A stretch of DNA of 64,000 nucleotides from the NCBI RefSeq assembly GCF_018977255.1, contig NW_024704742.1:109246001-109310000 (forward strand), in the 5' to 3' direction. Origin of the DNA: Callorhinchus milii (taxonomy: Eukaryota). Shown here one piece after another: positions 51,168 to 62,886 of the stretch. The notes below the pieces were generated by a model that saw nothing but the letters and a program-made list of their open reading frames with translations, made no database searches and was not told where the DNA came from. The translations under genes were made by a program, and so were the position numbers. Numbering within the stretch: the first letter of the stretch is position 1; each line of letters begins with the position of its first letter.

Positions 51168-51494
51168 GGAGTCCTGTAGAGCTCAGTGGTTAGAGCACTC
51201 GCTTTGCAAGTGAGAGACCTGAGTTCAATTCCAGGCAGAGGGCGAAACCTTGAGCAAGTTTCCTTACTCCACACAGAGCCTAATAATAATCCCTCCAAAA
51301 CAAAAAAAATAATAAAAATTGGTCATTTTCAATCTACGACTGTTTGTGGGACATTGCTGTGCGCAATTGGCTGCCGTGTTCGCCCACAAATATACAGTCA
51401 ATTCACTTTACAGTGTGTTCTGTGAAGCGCTTTGGGACATCCTCCCGACATGAAAAGCTCTATATCAAATGCAAGGATTATTATTATTATTATT
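51168..51494 (+). mobile_element. Full-length tRNA-derived SINE
   Basis: GGAGTCCTGTAGAGCTCAGTGGTTAGAGCAC head through to GCAAGG(ATT)n tail. Confidence 0.93.
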
Positions 51495-54400
51495 GTTACT
51501 ATTGACACCAATATAAGTGTTGGTTGAAGGAATGCAGACCTTACTCTGCACAGCTAAAGCTGCTGCTGGATGTGGTCAGCCGGGTGTCTTGACACAACAA
51601 CAGCAACAAAATTACATTTCTATAGCCCCTTTCACGTCGGGATGCAGAAACCCATCACCATGCTTAAGAGTTCCAAATCAAACTGGGAATTCCATGCATT
51701 GCGGATTCTTGCTTTGCCTCTGCTGGTTATACTCTCTGTTAGTTCAGAGGCTATAAATGACTGTGAAGACATTCATTTTAAGTTATGCTCTGATTAACTT
51801 CACCCCTGCACCTATCCTTTAAATTTGACGATTTTAGGGAATTTCTCCCCTCCTCGTTTTCCTTCTACTGGGGTAAATTTCAACAGGCACTCCTCATATC
51901 TTGCCCAAGTGGCCATCATTCATTTGTATTTCTTGATCTTAACAGCGCCATCACTATGGGGCACCACAATTAAGCCTCACTTAAGTCTCAATTAATCCTC
52001 CTTACTCAATTGAATGTTGCTCACGCAGATTAGCTTCCCCTACGTAACAACATTCACTTTATTTCTGATCAGTTATATTTTGGTGCAAAGGTCTATAAAT
52101 AAATGATAATGTCCTCACACGCATACTTTGCAGCAGGAGATACTGTTGTATTGTTAAGGAACTCTGTCTAGAGGATTTCACTCCAAAAACAAGGTTGAGT
52201 TCAGTCAGTGTGTTGCTAAACCTGGTGCACTTCAGTGACATGCTTCTCGCGTCCATAGCCACTAGGGGTGCTTCAAGCTCAACTGCTATGATAGGATGTG
52301 AGGGGTGTGGAATTGTCACATACAATTATCAAGTGCCCTGAACATATTTATCAACTACGCAGTATATTTCACTGGATGTAACTTAAACATGAAACTTCAC
52401 ATTTTTCACCTTGGGTTATGTTGCTCAGGAAATCATTGTTGATTCTTATCTTTTAGGAAAGACAATTAGCAGTTGTTTGCTTCTGTTCTGAATTCCCTGC
52501 ATTGGTGGCATTTAAAAGAAACAGGCCCACTCAATTCATTGTAGTTCAAGTAACGCCTATTTTCTGAAGAATCCCATGGGCATTACCTGCTTTTGTAGCT
52601 TGAAACTTACTTCTATCCCAATGCTCCGAGAACAAACAGATTCAACTTCTAAGAGATTATTCTTTAAAGGTCACTGAAACCCTAACATTAAAAGGGTGAT
52701 CCTTTTTCTGTTACTATGGCGATTTCTTCACTTTGCCATAATTTGAGGAAATAATAAGTTGAGTCTTGCTGAAGCTGTCACGATCAGTTCTGTCACACCC
52801 CCACATGGCATTGTGAGTAAAATATTTTCTTTTATAGTATGGGTGTTCTATACGTGGCAAAAATAATCTGACAAGTTTTTATTTGCATTACTCCAACACA
52901 AAACTATGCAGAATCACTTCCAGTGGGCGTCAGATATTGAGAGCCTTTCCATAACAACTTGCTTGCTATAAAACTTGCTGGTCTATTCCAGCAAGTTTGA
53001 GGGATAAAAGTTTGATCTAAAGTACACTGTTATCATACTGAGGGAATGTTACAGATCTTTGGATAGCTTTTCTCTGAATATCTTCAGAGTTGTCATGTTG
53101 GCTGATTTGGAAGCCTCATGCTGCAGTGAGTGTTATAGTTAACAAGTGTTTATTCATAATCTTGCCAAATGACATGCAGATAACAAAAGACTCTCTGTGG
53201 TCAAATAGCTTGAGAACATTCACCGTCAAAGCTCACACTTGAATAATGGCCAGTGGAGTGAGATACTGTCTAGAACGGTACTCCAGTAGAAGGAATAACT
53301 ATCCTGTTTGTGGAGGTAAGCAGGGAATCGTTGAGCTGAATTAGCTCCAAGATGATGTGCTTGGCAACGGAAAGTCAGAATCGAGGCAATAACTTGATGG
53401 TCTGACTCCTGGCCAGCTGGGTCAGCAGCACTCCAGGGAACGGCTGATGATAAGCTGGCTTGGCTTATCAGCATTGACTTAAAACAAGCATACAAATAAC
53501 TGGGAGCAAGGATCCTTCATACTTGCCTCCTGTAAAGGTGGTTCTAGCTCTATTAAGCACCGGGAATGTTGTACTATCAAAGTAACTTGTTTTAGTTTGC
53601 GTAACTCCAGCAGTGAAAGAGGAAAAGAGAGAGCAAATTCTGGTCCAGAAGCAGGCAACATTCTGTGTATAGGTGACATACAGTATGAGGAACTCACAGA
53701 CTGGTTTGGATACTCTTAAGGATGGTAATAATAATGATTCTTGCATTTGGTATAGCGCTTTATCACGTTGGAAGGAAGTCTCAAGGTACTTCAGAGGATT
53801 TACTGTGAATTTGTAGGCAAATGTGGCAGCACAATTGCGCACAGCAAAGTCTCACGGTGATTGTTTTTTGCATATGTCAGACACTTGGCTGACCAAACCA
53901 AAATAAATAAAAAGGAATTGAACAATTCTAGGAGAGGAGAAGGGAGAAGAGAAAAAAAGAAAGAAAAATTGGTGGAATTGATTATTATCAATAAATAAAG
54001 CATAATTTTTTGCACTTTGCCTTTCAGCAATGAGCTTGTTCCACTGATTTGGGTCAGATCTGAACTTCTAAATCATTACCTTCTCCTCCGGCTCACAAGT
54101 AATGTAATGATTTGAATTGCCTTTATACTGGCATGTGTGATGTCATTCTTAATTGGATTTTAATAATTAATATTTCAGAAATTAAAATGGAGGATTATAG
54201 AGTGAGTGTCAGGTGCTTGCCAGGGAAGAGAATCCATTCCAAAAAATGTATATGATTCCTGCATAATTAACAACAAACAGGAACAAGTTTGCCTCAAAAA
54301 TGTAGCTGATGGTCAACAAAGAAATTCATATTTGAACATCTGGAATTATAAATTGGAATCTTATTGCTGGCTTGAAGATTGTATTTTGACATATTGCATG

Positions 54401-55609
54401 CATGAAAAAAACAATCAAACCCAAACAGCTCTTCGGAGAGACCTAAGGAAAGATAAAATGGGATCAGTCCTGGGTAAGCAGACACTCTTTTGGTAAGCAG
54501 ACACTCTTTCAGTGCAAAAGAGACAAGAACACCCAGAGTACCCTTCGCCACCTTCTCAGCATGGACCCAAAGGACAATGTCTAAGCAATGTTTCGTGTCC
54601 ATCACAACCTGCAGGTACTTTAGCAAATCTCCCGAATGTCGTGCTGACTCATTGTTAAGCAGGTCACAGGTTGTATCTGAAGTCGGAGATGAGGCAGCCT
54701 AAAATACAAGGCTTGTAATACAAGGTTTGTGCCACAAAGAGACTTTCTAGATTGAGGCACATGCATTTTTATTGTTTTAGATCCCTCTACCCGAGGGAAA
54801 AGTCATCTCTTGCCTGCCTTGTCAGTTCATTTTATTAATCTTAAAAACTCCAGCAGAATATTGGATTGAAATAGTCATTTTGTCTGACGTAAGTGTAATA
54901 AATCTTATGGGAAGCACTTGACATTTGACACATCCACTGTAATGACTCTGGCAGGAAGAAATTCTTGTCTGGGCTGAAACAAAACCAAAAGTGTTAGGTC
55001 GACAGGGTTTCAGCAGTGTGGCATCAAATTGCAAAATGTATACAGTATGTTTAAAATTAAAAATAATACATAGATTTTGACTCCGAATATAGATTTGACA
55101 TCACTCTCTAGTGATACAGTTAGTGACATAAGGATTCCCTGCTTGGTTAGCTGGTGAGTCAGTATAATTTCAGTATCCCAGTTGGTAATTGGGGTGTTGC
55201 AAATGAAAGATAATTGTGTCATTTGTGTGAATACAAGTTATTTAAACACATTTGAGATCTATTTCTGCGCCATTTCAAAGAACAGCTCAAATATGTTAAA
55301 AATAGCAAGGAGCCCATGACAACGTGACAGGCAGCAATTTGTGGCATTTGTATAATGAGGGCAAAAGAAAGTATAATTATGCAAATTTTCAGCAATTCCC
55401 ATTATTATGTTCTGTGTACGTAGGATGGAGGAGGATTAGTCTTCAGATGAAGGTAAGGCTGTGATGCCTCTGAGAAAGATCGTGCTAATGTATCTGAAAT
55501 CATACAAATATTTATTCGATTCAGTTTTGTATGTATTCATGTCCAAAATCACTTGCTGCTCAGTGAAAATATATATATATTTTTTTGAAAATAATCAATT
55601 CTAAATAAG

Positions 55610-55800
55610 TGGCTCAGTTGGTAAAGTCAGAACTGAGTATGAAGCTGAGTCAGAGAGAATTGGAAGGTTAGGTTCTATTGCTGGTGCATGTTGAGTTGGT
55701 TGATCGCAAGAGTTAATGGGGCACTACAATTGGGTTCAGCACCATTAGGCTAGGAAAGTGAAATTAGCCACGGAGACCTTGTGTTTTTGGTCCAGGAAAT
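55610..55800 (+). mobile_element. LF-SINE-like relic
   Basis: GGCTCAGTTGGTAAA head; GGGGCACTACAATTGG...GGCTAGGAAAGTGAAATTAGCCA. Confidence 0.55.
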
Positions 55801-56664
55801 TGCTTGTGACTGAGTTTATCGATCCATACTTCCTTGCTGCTATTGATTAATTTAGATGGATTGCTTTTTGTAATGAGCAGGAGTAAATGTAAGAAGTAAT
55901 TCATCATTTTCTAAAACCTTCATTTCCATCTATTGCAGAGAAACTCTGAGCCCCATCACTAATCAACCCAGTGAACTTATCATTCTTCTTCACCAGATGC
56001 AGTTAAAAGGCACATTACAAGTGCTATCTACTAGACCAGAGTCCCTCACAACTAGTATTAGCAGTTTTTGATTAATGCCAAGATTCAAACCACATACCTT
56101 GAAATTAGCTGACAAATCTCAGCATTTTTTGTGGGGTTTTCATTGGACCTGTAAAAAGGTTTTCTATTTCCTTTGCAATACCAGCTGTGGGGGGATCCTG
56201 TTCTTGAACTGGCCATGAGCAGCATGACGCCTCATCATATATTGTTTTATGCCAATGCTGAGACCCAAGCAAAAATCTTGGGGATAAGAAAGCACTTAGT
56301 GAAATATAAAACAGTTGTTGGAGACGTCACATATATGGTAAATCAGTGGACCTTTCAGGCAGATCAATGGATCAATCGATCAATCAATTATTCCCTTAAA
56401 TAGGATTACTAAACTTTCAATCAATCCTTGACTACGTTGTCAGTGAAAGTCCTGCTTAGCAAAAAACTAAAGAAATGAATTGTACCAAAACGCAATTCCT
56501 GCTGTAATAATTGATTTGTTATTTTTTCTTATCAAAAAATGTACAAATTAAGCCGAAGTGTGATAAGATATTGGGGGCAGAGAAATATTTTGCCTGTCAA
56601 AGCTTTGAATAAAAATTGCAGTGTATCTAGGGAATAGTTGAGTCACACAAGGGAGGAGGCCACA

Positions 56665-56790
56665 TTTATTTCCCTGGTCTCTGCTGAGTTAGCTGATATT
56701 GGATGGGACAGCGATTAGGGTGTTACAGCTTGCCTTAGACCCCTTGGTTAAGGAAAGGGGAGATCAGTCAAGAATACCGCTACTAATTGT
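56665..56790 (+). mobile_element. LF-SINE-like relic truncated by L2
   Basis: CCTGGTCTCTGCTGAGTTAGCTGAT...GGTTAAGGAAAGGGGAGATCAGTCA. Confidence 0.55.
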
Positions 56791-56791
56791 A

Positions 56792-57213
56792 ATGGCCAGG
56801 CTCCACTGGCTCTCCATCACCGAACGGATCGACTTCAAGATCCTCACACTTGTGTTCAAATCCCTTCGCTCTCTGGCACCTCCCTACCTCTACGACCTCC
56901 TCACTCTCCAATCCACCACCCGGCGCCCCCGCTTAACTGGCACCGGCTTCCTGCTCGTCCCTCACACCCTTCGCCCCACCATCGTAGGTCATGCTTTTAG
57001 CTACTAAGCCCTGAAGCTCTGGAACACTCTCTCTCAATCCCTCCGCCTTGCCCACTCTCTCCCCTTTTTCAAGTCCTGCCTGAAAACCTTCCTCTTCAAC
57101 CGTGCTTACGGCCACCTTCCTCCCCAGCTTGGAGTCAGGCTCCGCCACCGTTAAGCGCTCTGAGACGCTACCCTGCATGGAGGGCACTATATAAGTGCAA
57201 ATTGTTGTTGTTG
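56792..57213 (+). mobile_element. L2 LINE 3' end
   Basis: ARLHWLSITERIDFKILTLVFKSLRSLAPPYL; GTT tail. Confidence 0.9.
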
Positions 57214-59239
57214 TAATGATTCTCATTCCACACACCTTGTTTATTCTCATCTCACAGGAATCCAATACTCCAACTATAAACTTCCATCCTTGGTTCCCTT
57301 CCCAGGTTTGTTGTACATGTCATGCTTCTATTTAATTGTCTCTTTCTTATTTGCCTTTTACCTCTTGAAAGGATATCCTACATCGTCCCTTCTCCAGTCT
57401 TTTTCTCTAGTCTTGTTCCCATACTCTTTCTGGTTTGTTTTTCTTCCATATTAATTTATTTTTCTTTAACTGGTTCAGTTTCTCTTCATCATTTCATCAT
57501 CATCATTTGTATTCCCTCTCTGAATGTTCGTAACAATCAAGTACTCGTCTACCTTATCATGAATAGTGGATTCCATATCAGAGTATATCAAACCATATCC
57601 ACCATTCCAGGTTGATAAACAATTCTGTAAGCCCATGCTTCCTTGTTCCAAACTTATATCGGTCTATGGTGATGCTGTTTTATCCACAATATGTTGTTTT
57701 GTCCACAACATCACTCCTGCATAATAGTGATAATATCATCCAAGCGTATGTCCATATTCCTTTCCAAAGTTGCAGAGTACTCTCTTGCTTCCTCAGCTGC
57801 TACATTCATGAAAATAGCAGACTGTTGTATTTGCAGTAGTTTCATGAAATGTATGGCTTTTCAAGTTGCCTATCAAATTCATTGCAAGCAGTATTTGCAC
57901 AAATATTAATAATAATAATCTTTCATTTTGATATAGCCCCTTATCATGTCTTTGAGTCGTCTCAATGCACTTCAATAAACTGTAAAGTGCATATCTTAAA
58001 TAGGTATGGCATCCAATTCTCCTGTTCCTGAATTAATTTGTTCTGCTGTTTTAAAGTCCACATGCAATCTCATAGTCAGTTCCAGTCCAAGTTCAATTTT
58101 ATTTCTGAAACTATGTAATGATTCTCATTATTCAACACCATTTCAACACTATCTCTTAAAATTGTGCCATGGATTAAGAGTATCATAGGCCTTGTGCCTG
58201 CTTAAACGTTCGTACATGGGATTAGTACAGGATTATTATAATAATAATAATCCTTGCATTTGATATGGAGCCTTATCACGTTGTTGAGACATTTTAAAGT
58301 GCTTCGCAGAATATACTGTAAAGTGAACTGACTGCATATTTTGTGGTAGAAACCCGGTTGCCAATTGCGCACAGGGTTAGTGCAGGAGTTTAGTGCAAGA
58401 TTAGTTTCATTTGTCACTGCAGTGTTGTTATACAGACAAAAGCAAGTGTATTTTAATAAACTGTTTTAAGTAGTTACTTACACCTTTCTCTCCATCCATC
58501 TTTTAACATGCGATCTCTTCTCTACAAAGTAGGCAACACAGGAGGTCATTATATAACATGCTCCTGAAGCAAGCTGCAAAAACACATCTTAGTTCTTGCT
58601 TACAAGAATAATAAAAGACCAGGGAAAATCTATAGTTTATTGAATTTATAAATTCAAGCATTGATTGTTACAAAAAACCTTGGTTATTCATCCAATTCAT
58701 ATGTTAAAGTAAATGAATTTGGAAACACTCCATTGAACTTAACTAGAGAGACAATTATCCACTGGCAGATAGTGCAGATAATTGAACATCATGTAAAATA
58801 CCAATTAACTATAATGCAGACTAAAAAACTGATCAAATCAGGAGTTATACTGTCACTGCAGGGTTATATTGTGACAGCTACAATCTTTGGATTGGGGTAA
58901 CTACAGTGGTGCATGTGGTGCAGTCATGCCACGGCCATGAGGTTTCGGGGCCCAATCCATTGGCGGCAGAATGTTGTGGGGCGGAATCATACCTCTGCCC
59001 CCCATAAATATTTGAGTCATTTTGAGTCATTTTGAAAACACCTGTCCCCTGGGCTGCAAGTGGGGCTGAGTTTTAGATTTCAGAAGTGGGAATGGGCCTA
59101 TAACTTATTCTTACAGCAGGGCTCCCTGGGGCCTTATTAAGCCACTGCTGCCATTTTTCCTCTGACTTGGTCTCTTTCTCTAAGTCTCTAACTTTCTGAC
59201 TCTCTTGCTCTACCTCTTTCTTTATCTCTTTAAGATACC

Positions 59240-59420
59240 TGGCATGGTCGTTAGCACTTTCGCCTTGGAGTTGGAAGGTTGTGGATTCAACCCCTGCATC
59301 ATGGCTTTGAGTTCATAGTCCAGGCTGACACTTCAATGCAGTGCTGGGGGAAGTCCTGCATTGTTGAAGGTGCCATCCTTCAGGTGAGACGTTCAATCAA
59401 GGTCTCACCTGCCTGTTCAG
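59240..59420 (+). mobile_element. DeuSINE-like fragment
   Basis: Head and core; abuts an L2 tail on the opposite strand. Confidence 0.65.
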
Positions 59421-60320
59421 AGGGGGTGTTAAACAATAACAACAATAAATTGCATTTATATAATGCCTTTTACGTCAAGATGACTTCCTAAGGTGCTGAG
59501 CAGTAAAGGGTTTGCACACGAGCTGGGGGTTGGAATCAAGAGGTTGTGGAGGGTACAACATTGAAGAAATAATTAAGGATCTATTCTCCCTTCCTCCCTT
59601 CCTTTCAATCTACGTCAAGTATCAGGAAGACAAAACTAAAAGTTGGCCCTAAGTTGAACAAAGCAAAACTGTTGGCCATGGCTTTGTTTGGAGAGGATGG
59701 CCATAGGAAGAAGCAGGTACCATTTTTGTGGCAATAGAGCTATTATAAATTGATGGTTGAGAATTGCATTTGTTTTAGTAGAGGATACCATAGTGGAGCC
59801 CGGAGACCTTACACAAGTCCTTTCCAGTAGTGGTCACTGAATAGCAGCTGCTGCCTACTATTTCTCCAGATCCCAGATGTGCTATGGCTATTTGTAACCC
59901 TCTATGAGTGCTAAGAGGAGTTAATTTATTGTAGACCAGTGATCAAATGAGAGGTACTTCACTAAGAACAAAATAAAATTAGAAATACCCCTTGATGCCT
60001 TTTGGAAGCAAAGAGGTTTTGTGAACACATATTCATTGATTATCTAATTTATTTGTGCACATCTTTGGAAAGCTTTCAGTTTGTTTTATAACATCGTTCA
60101 CATTTTTTCGTACAAACTATCCTTTCAGTCCCCACCGTGATACATTACAAAATCACAACACAGAGGGAAGGAAAACAACAGATTGTACATTATATGCTTG
60201 GACGTTCTTTTATGTGTGAGTTTTATCCTCATTAAATTTATGGATGTCATTGTTAGGCACTGAAACACTTTTTATTATACCAATATCATCATCCAGTACT
60301 TCCAGTACTCTGAGTTCAGA

Positions 60321-60782
60321 AACAACAACAACAACAACAAAATTACATTTGTAAAGCGTCTTTCATGTCGGGCATACATTCCAAGGTGCTGGACAGACAG
60401 AGTTATGGACCCGAGCTGGGGGTCGGGGTCGGGGAGGGTGGAGGGCAGGGGGGGCAAGCAGGGAGATCGAATGCTCGGTTGAAGAGGAGGGTCTTGAGAT
60501 GGGTCTTGAAGATGGCGAGGGAAGGGGCAAGACGGAGGCACTGCGGAATGGTGTTCCAGAGGGTGGGTGCAGAGTGGCGGAAGGCCTGCTCGTCAATAGT
60601 GGGGCGAGCGAGGCGGGGGACGTGAAGCAGGCCAGAGCCCGCTGAGCGGGGGGAGTGAGCAGGATGGTAGAGGGTTAGGAGGTCGCGGAGGTAGTGGGGA
60701 GCAAGACCGTGTAAGGCTTTGAAGGTGAGGACCAGGATCTTGAATTGCATCCTCTGTGTGATGGGAAGCCAGTGGAGTTGGG
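60321..60782 (-). mobile_element. L2 LINE 3' end
   Basis: LHWLPITQRMQFKILVLTFKALHGLAPHYL...FKTHLKTLLF. Confidence 0.92.
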
Positions 60783-62667
60783 CAACTCCACTCCACATTT
60801 TCACTCCACATGAAACATCATGTTAGATTAGCATCAAAGCTCCAATTGATGTGTATCAGTTCTCACCTTCAGAAGATCAACTGCAACAACTTGCCTTTTA
60901 TACAACCATTTATTTTGATTTAGACATTGTACCTGTAGCTTCCCAACATTTTGTTTTCTTATTAAATAATAATCCTTGCATTTGATATAGCACCTTATCA
61001 CGTTGTTGAGATGTCTCAAGGCGAATCACAGGATATACTGAAAAATGGATTGACTGTGTATTTTGTGGGCTTAGAAACACTGTTTCTCCTGTTTACTTTC
61101 TACCAACAACAACAACTTGCATTTATATAGTGTCTTTCATTGGGTGGTGTCCCAGAGCACTTAACAGTGGCAGAGCTTGACACCAGGCCTGGGCACAGTC
61201 AAAGAGGAAGCTCTTCAGGTGTGATCCAAAGACGGGCAAGAAGGGGGCATGGTGGAGGGATTGAATCAGTTGTAAAGAAGCATTTGTTGATTTAATTGTT
61301 GTTTAATGTATTACAGACCTCCTGGACCTGCTCTACATTTGGAGCAATTTTCTATTTATTTATCTGCATTTTCAGTGCTTTTTTATGTTAACTAAATTAG
61401 CAATGAATTCATACAGTGCCAATCGTTATTTACAAAGAGTCTCTGCCCCCAACATATTGAGGAGGTGGATCGAGGTTGCTAACAGTGCCTTTAAAGGGAC
61501 ATGTTATGTTGGTTCTGCCTTGCCTTGGGTAAATTGGTTTCTCCATCAGATGACAGTGCAGCAGGCAGACTGTGCTCAGATTGTTCTGTCGCTGAATGAA
61601 ATTGACATCCACTGTATTGTACCAGGGTTTGTCTCAGCTCTTTCAGGGCAGCATATGAGGAATCTGCTACTTCAATAGCAGCAATGATTTTTCTCATCGG
61701 CTACAGTAAGGTAAGTGCTGTACATTTTCCTCTGCTAGGTCAGATGAGTGATTTTTGCAACAGGTCTTGAATCGATATATCTTGACTTGTTATTAAATGT
61801 TAGAAACACAAATCGATGAATTAATGAGGCAGATTCACAGGCAGAGAACTGATTTTACAACAGGGACTTTAAGATAATAATTATTTGCTGAGTTTCTGTC
61901 CGAATTCCTGTCAATCAGTATATTTCAAAGAGTATTATAAGAACAATAATCCTTGCATTTGATATAGCACCTTATCACGTCTTCAAGATGTGTCAAATTT
62001 TTCTCAATCAAGCACATTTAAAAAGGATATATGGTTCAGAATCGGTTGCCAAATCGTTTACAATTTTCTTTATCCTCTGTGTTAATTTTCATTGCTTTTT
62101 TTTGTGCATTCCATTCCAATAATCTATCTCTGGAATTTCCATGTGTAGGTGGGATGTATGGCATTATGTTTGGTTTGGACACTTCTCAAGCATAGTGATG
62201 GGTTTCTGCATGTGTCAAACCCCCCCCAAAAAATATTTTGAGAGATGCTATTCCTAAGTATGGTTCAAGGATTTCTCCAGTGTTAAGAAACGGTGAAAGA
62301 GCCAGACTGTTTGTGTGGTCACTGCAACTGGAGCAGCTTTGATTTAATCCATGGCAATAACTTGTTGCAATGAATGTTGAGAGGTTTATACCCAGAGATT
62401 CCCTTTCCCTCCTCGCTTCACTATGAGAGACTGGTATTGAATTAATGTCCTGACATTTCTACTGACAGTGAGATGCTGTCAAAGATTTTTTTTTACTGAC
62501 TTGATATGAATCTTTGACTTTGCAGTTCCACTACACTGCAAGTAAGAGGTGGGAGTTTTCAATTTTATGTGAAACTGAGGAATGCAGATAGACTCCTTAG
62601 CAGTGTATTATTAGCACAATTAGTTGAAACTTTAGCTGTTTAAAAGAAACTAGATATAATATAACGT

Positions 62668-62886
62668 GGAGTCCTGTGGCTCAGTGGTTAGAGCACTCCA
62701 CACCCCTCTGTTTACCTAGCAGTAAGTAGAAACCTGGTTGTCGGTCAATTGGCGGATTGCTTTTTCAGGGATAATAATCCCTTCAAAAAAAAAATAATAA
62801 TTTGGTCACTCAATCCACGACAGTTTGTGGGAGAGTGCTGTGGCAATTGTCAGCCGCATGTCGCCCACAAACTATACAGTCAATTC
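62668..62886 (+). mobile_element. tRNA-SINE with internal deletion of the B-box region, 3'-truncated
   Basis: Head GGAGTCCTGTGGCTCAGTGGTTAGAGCACTC is joined directly to CACACCCCTCTGTTTACC. Confidence 0.8.

Noticed and set aside
52258..52272. CTCF-like motif GCCACTAGGGGTGCT
   Set aside because: A single imperfect motif match is expected by chance in 64 kb.
61385..61678. 97-aa ORF as an independent gene
   Set aside because: No recognisable domain; length is compatible with chance. At most it is a uORF of the candidate exon at 61684.
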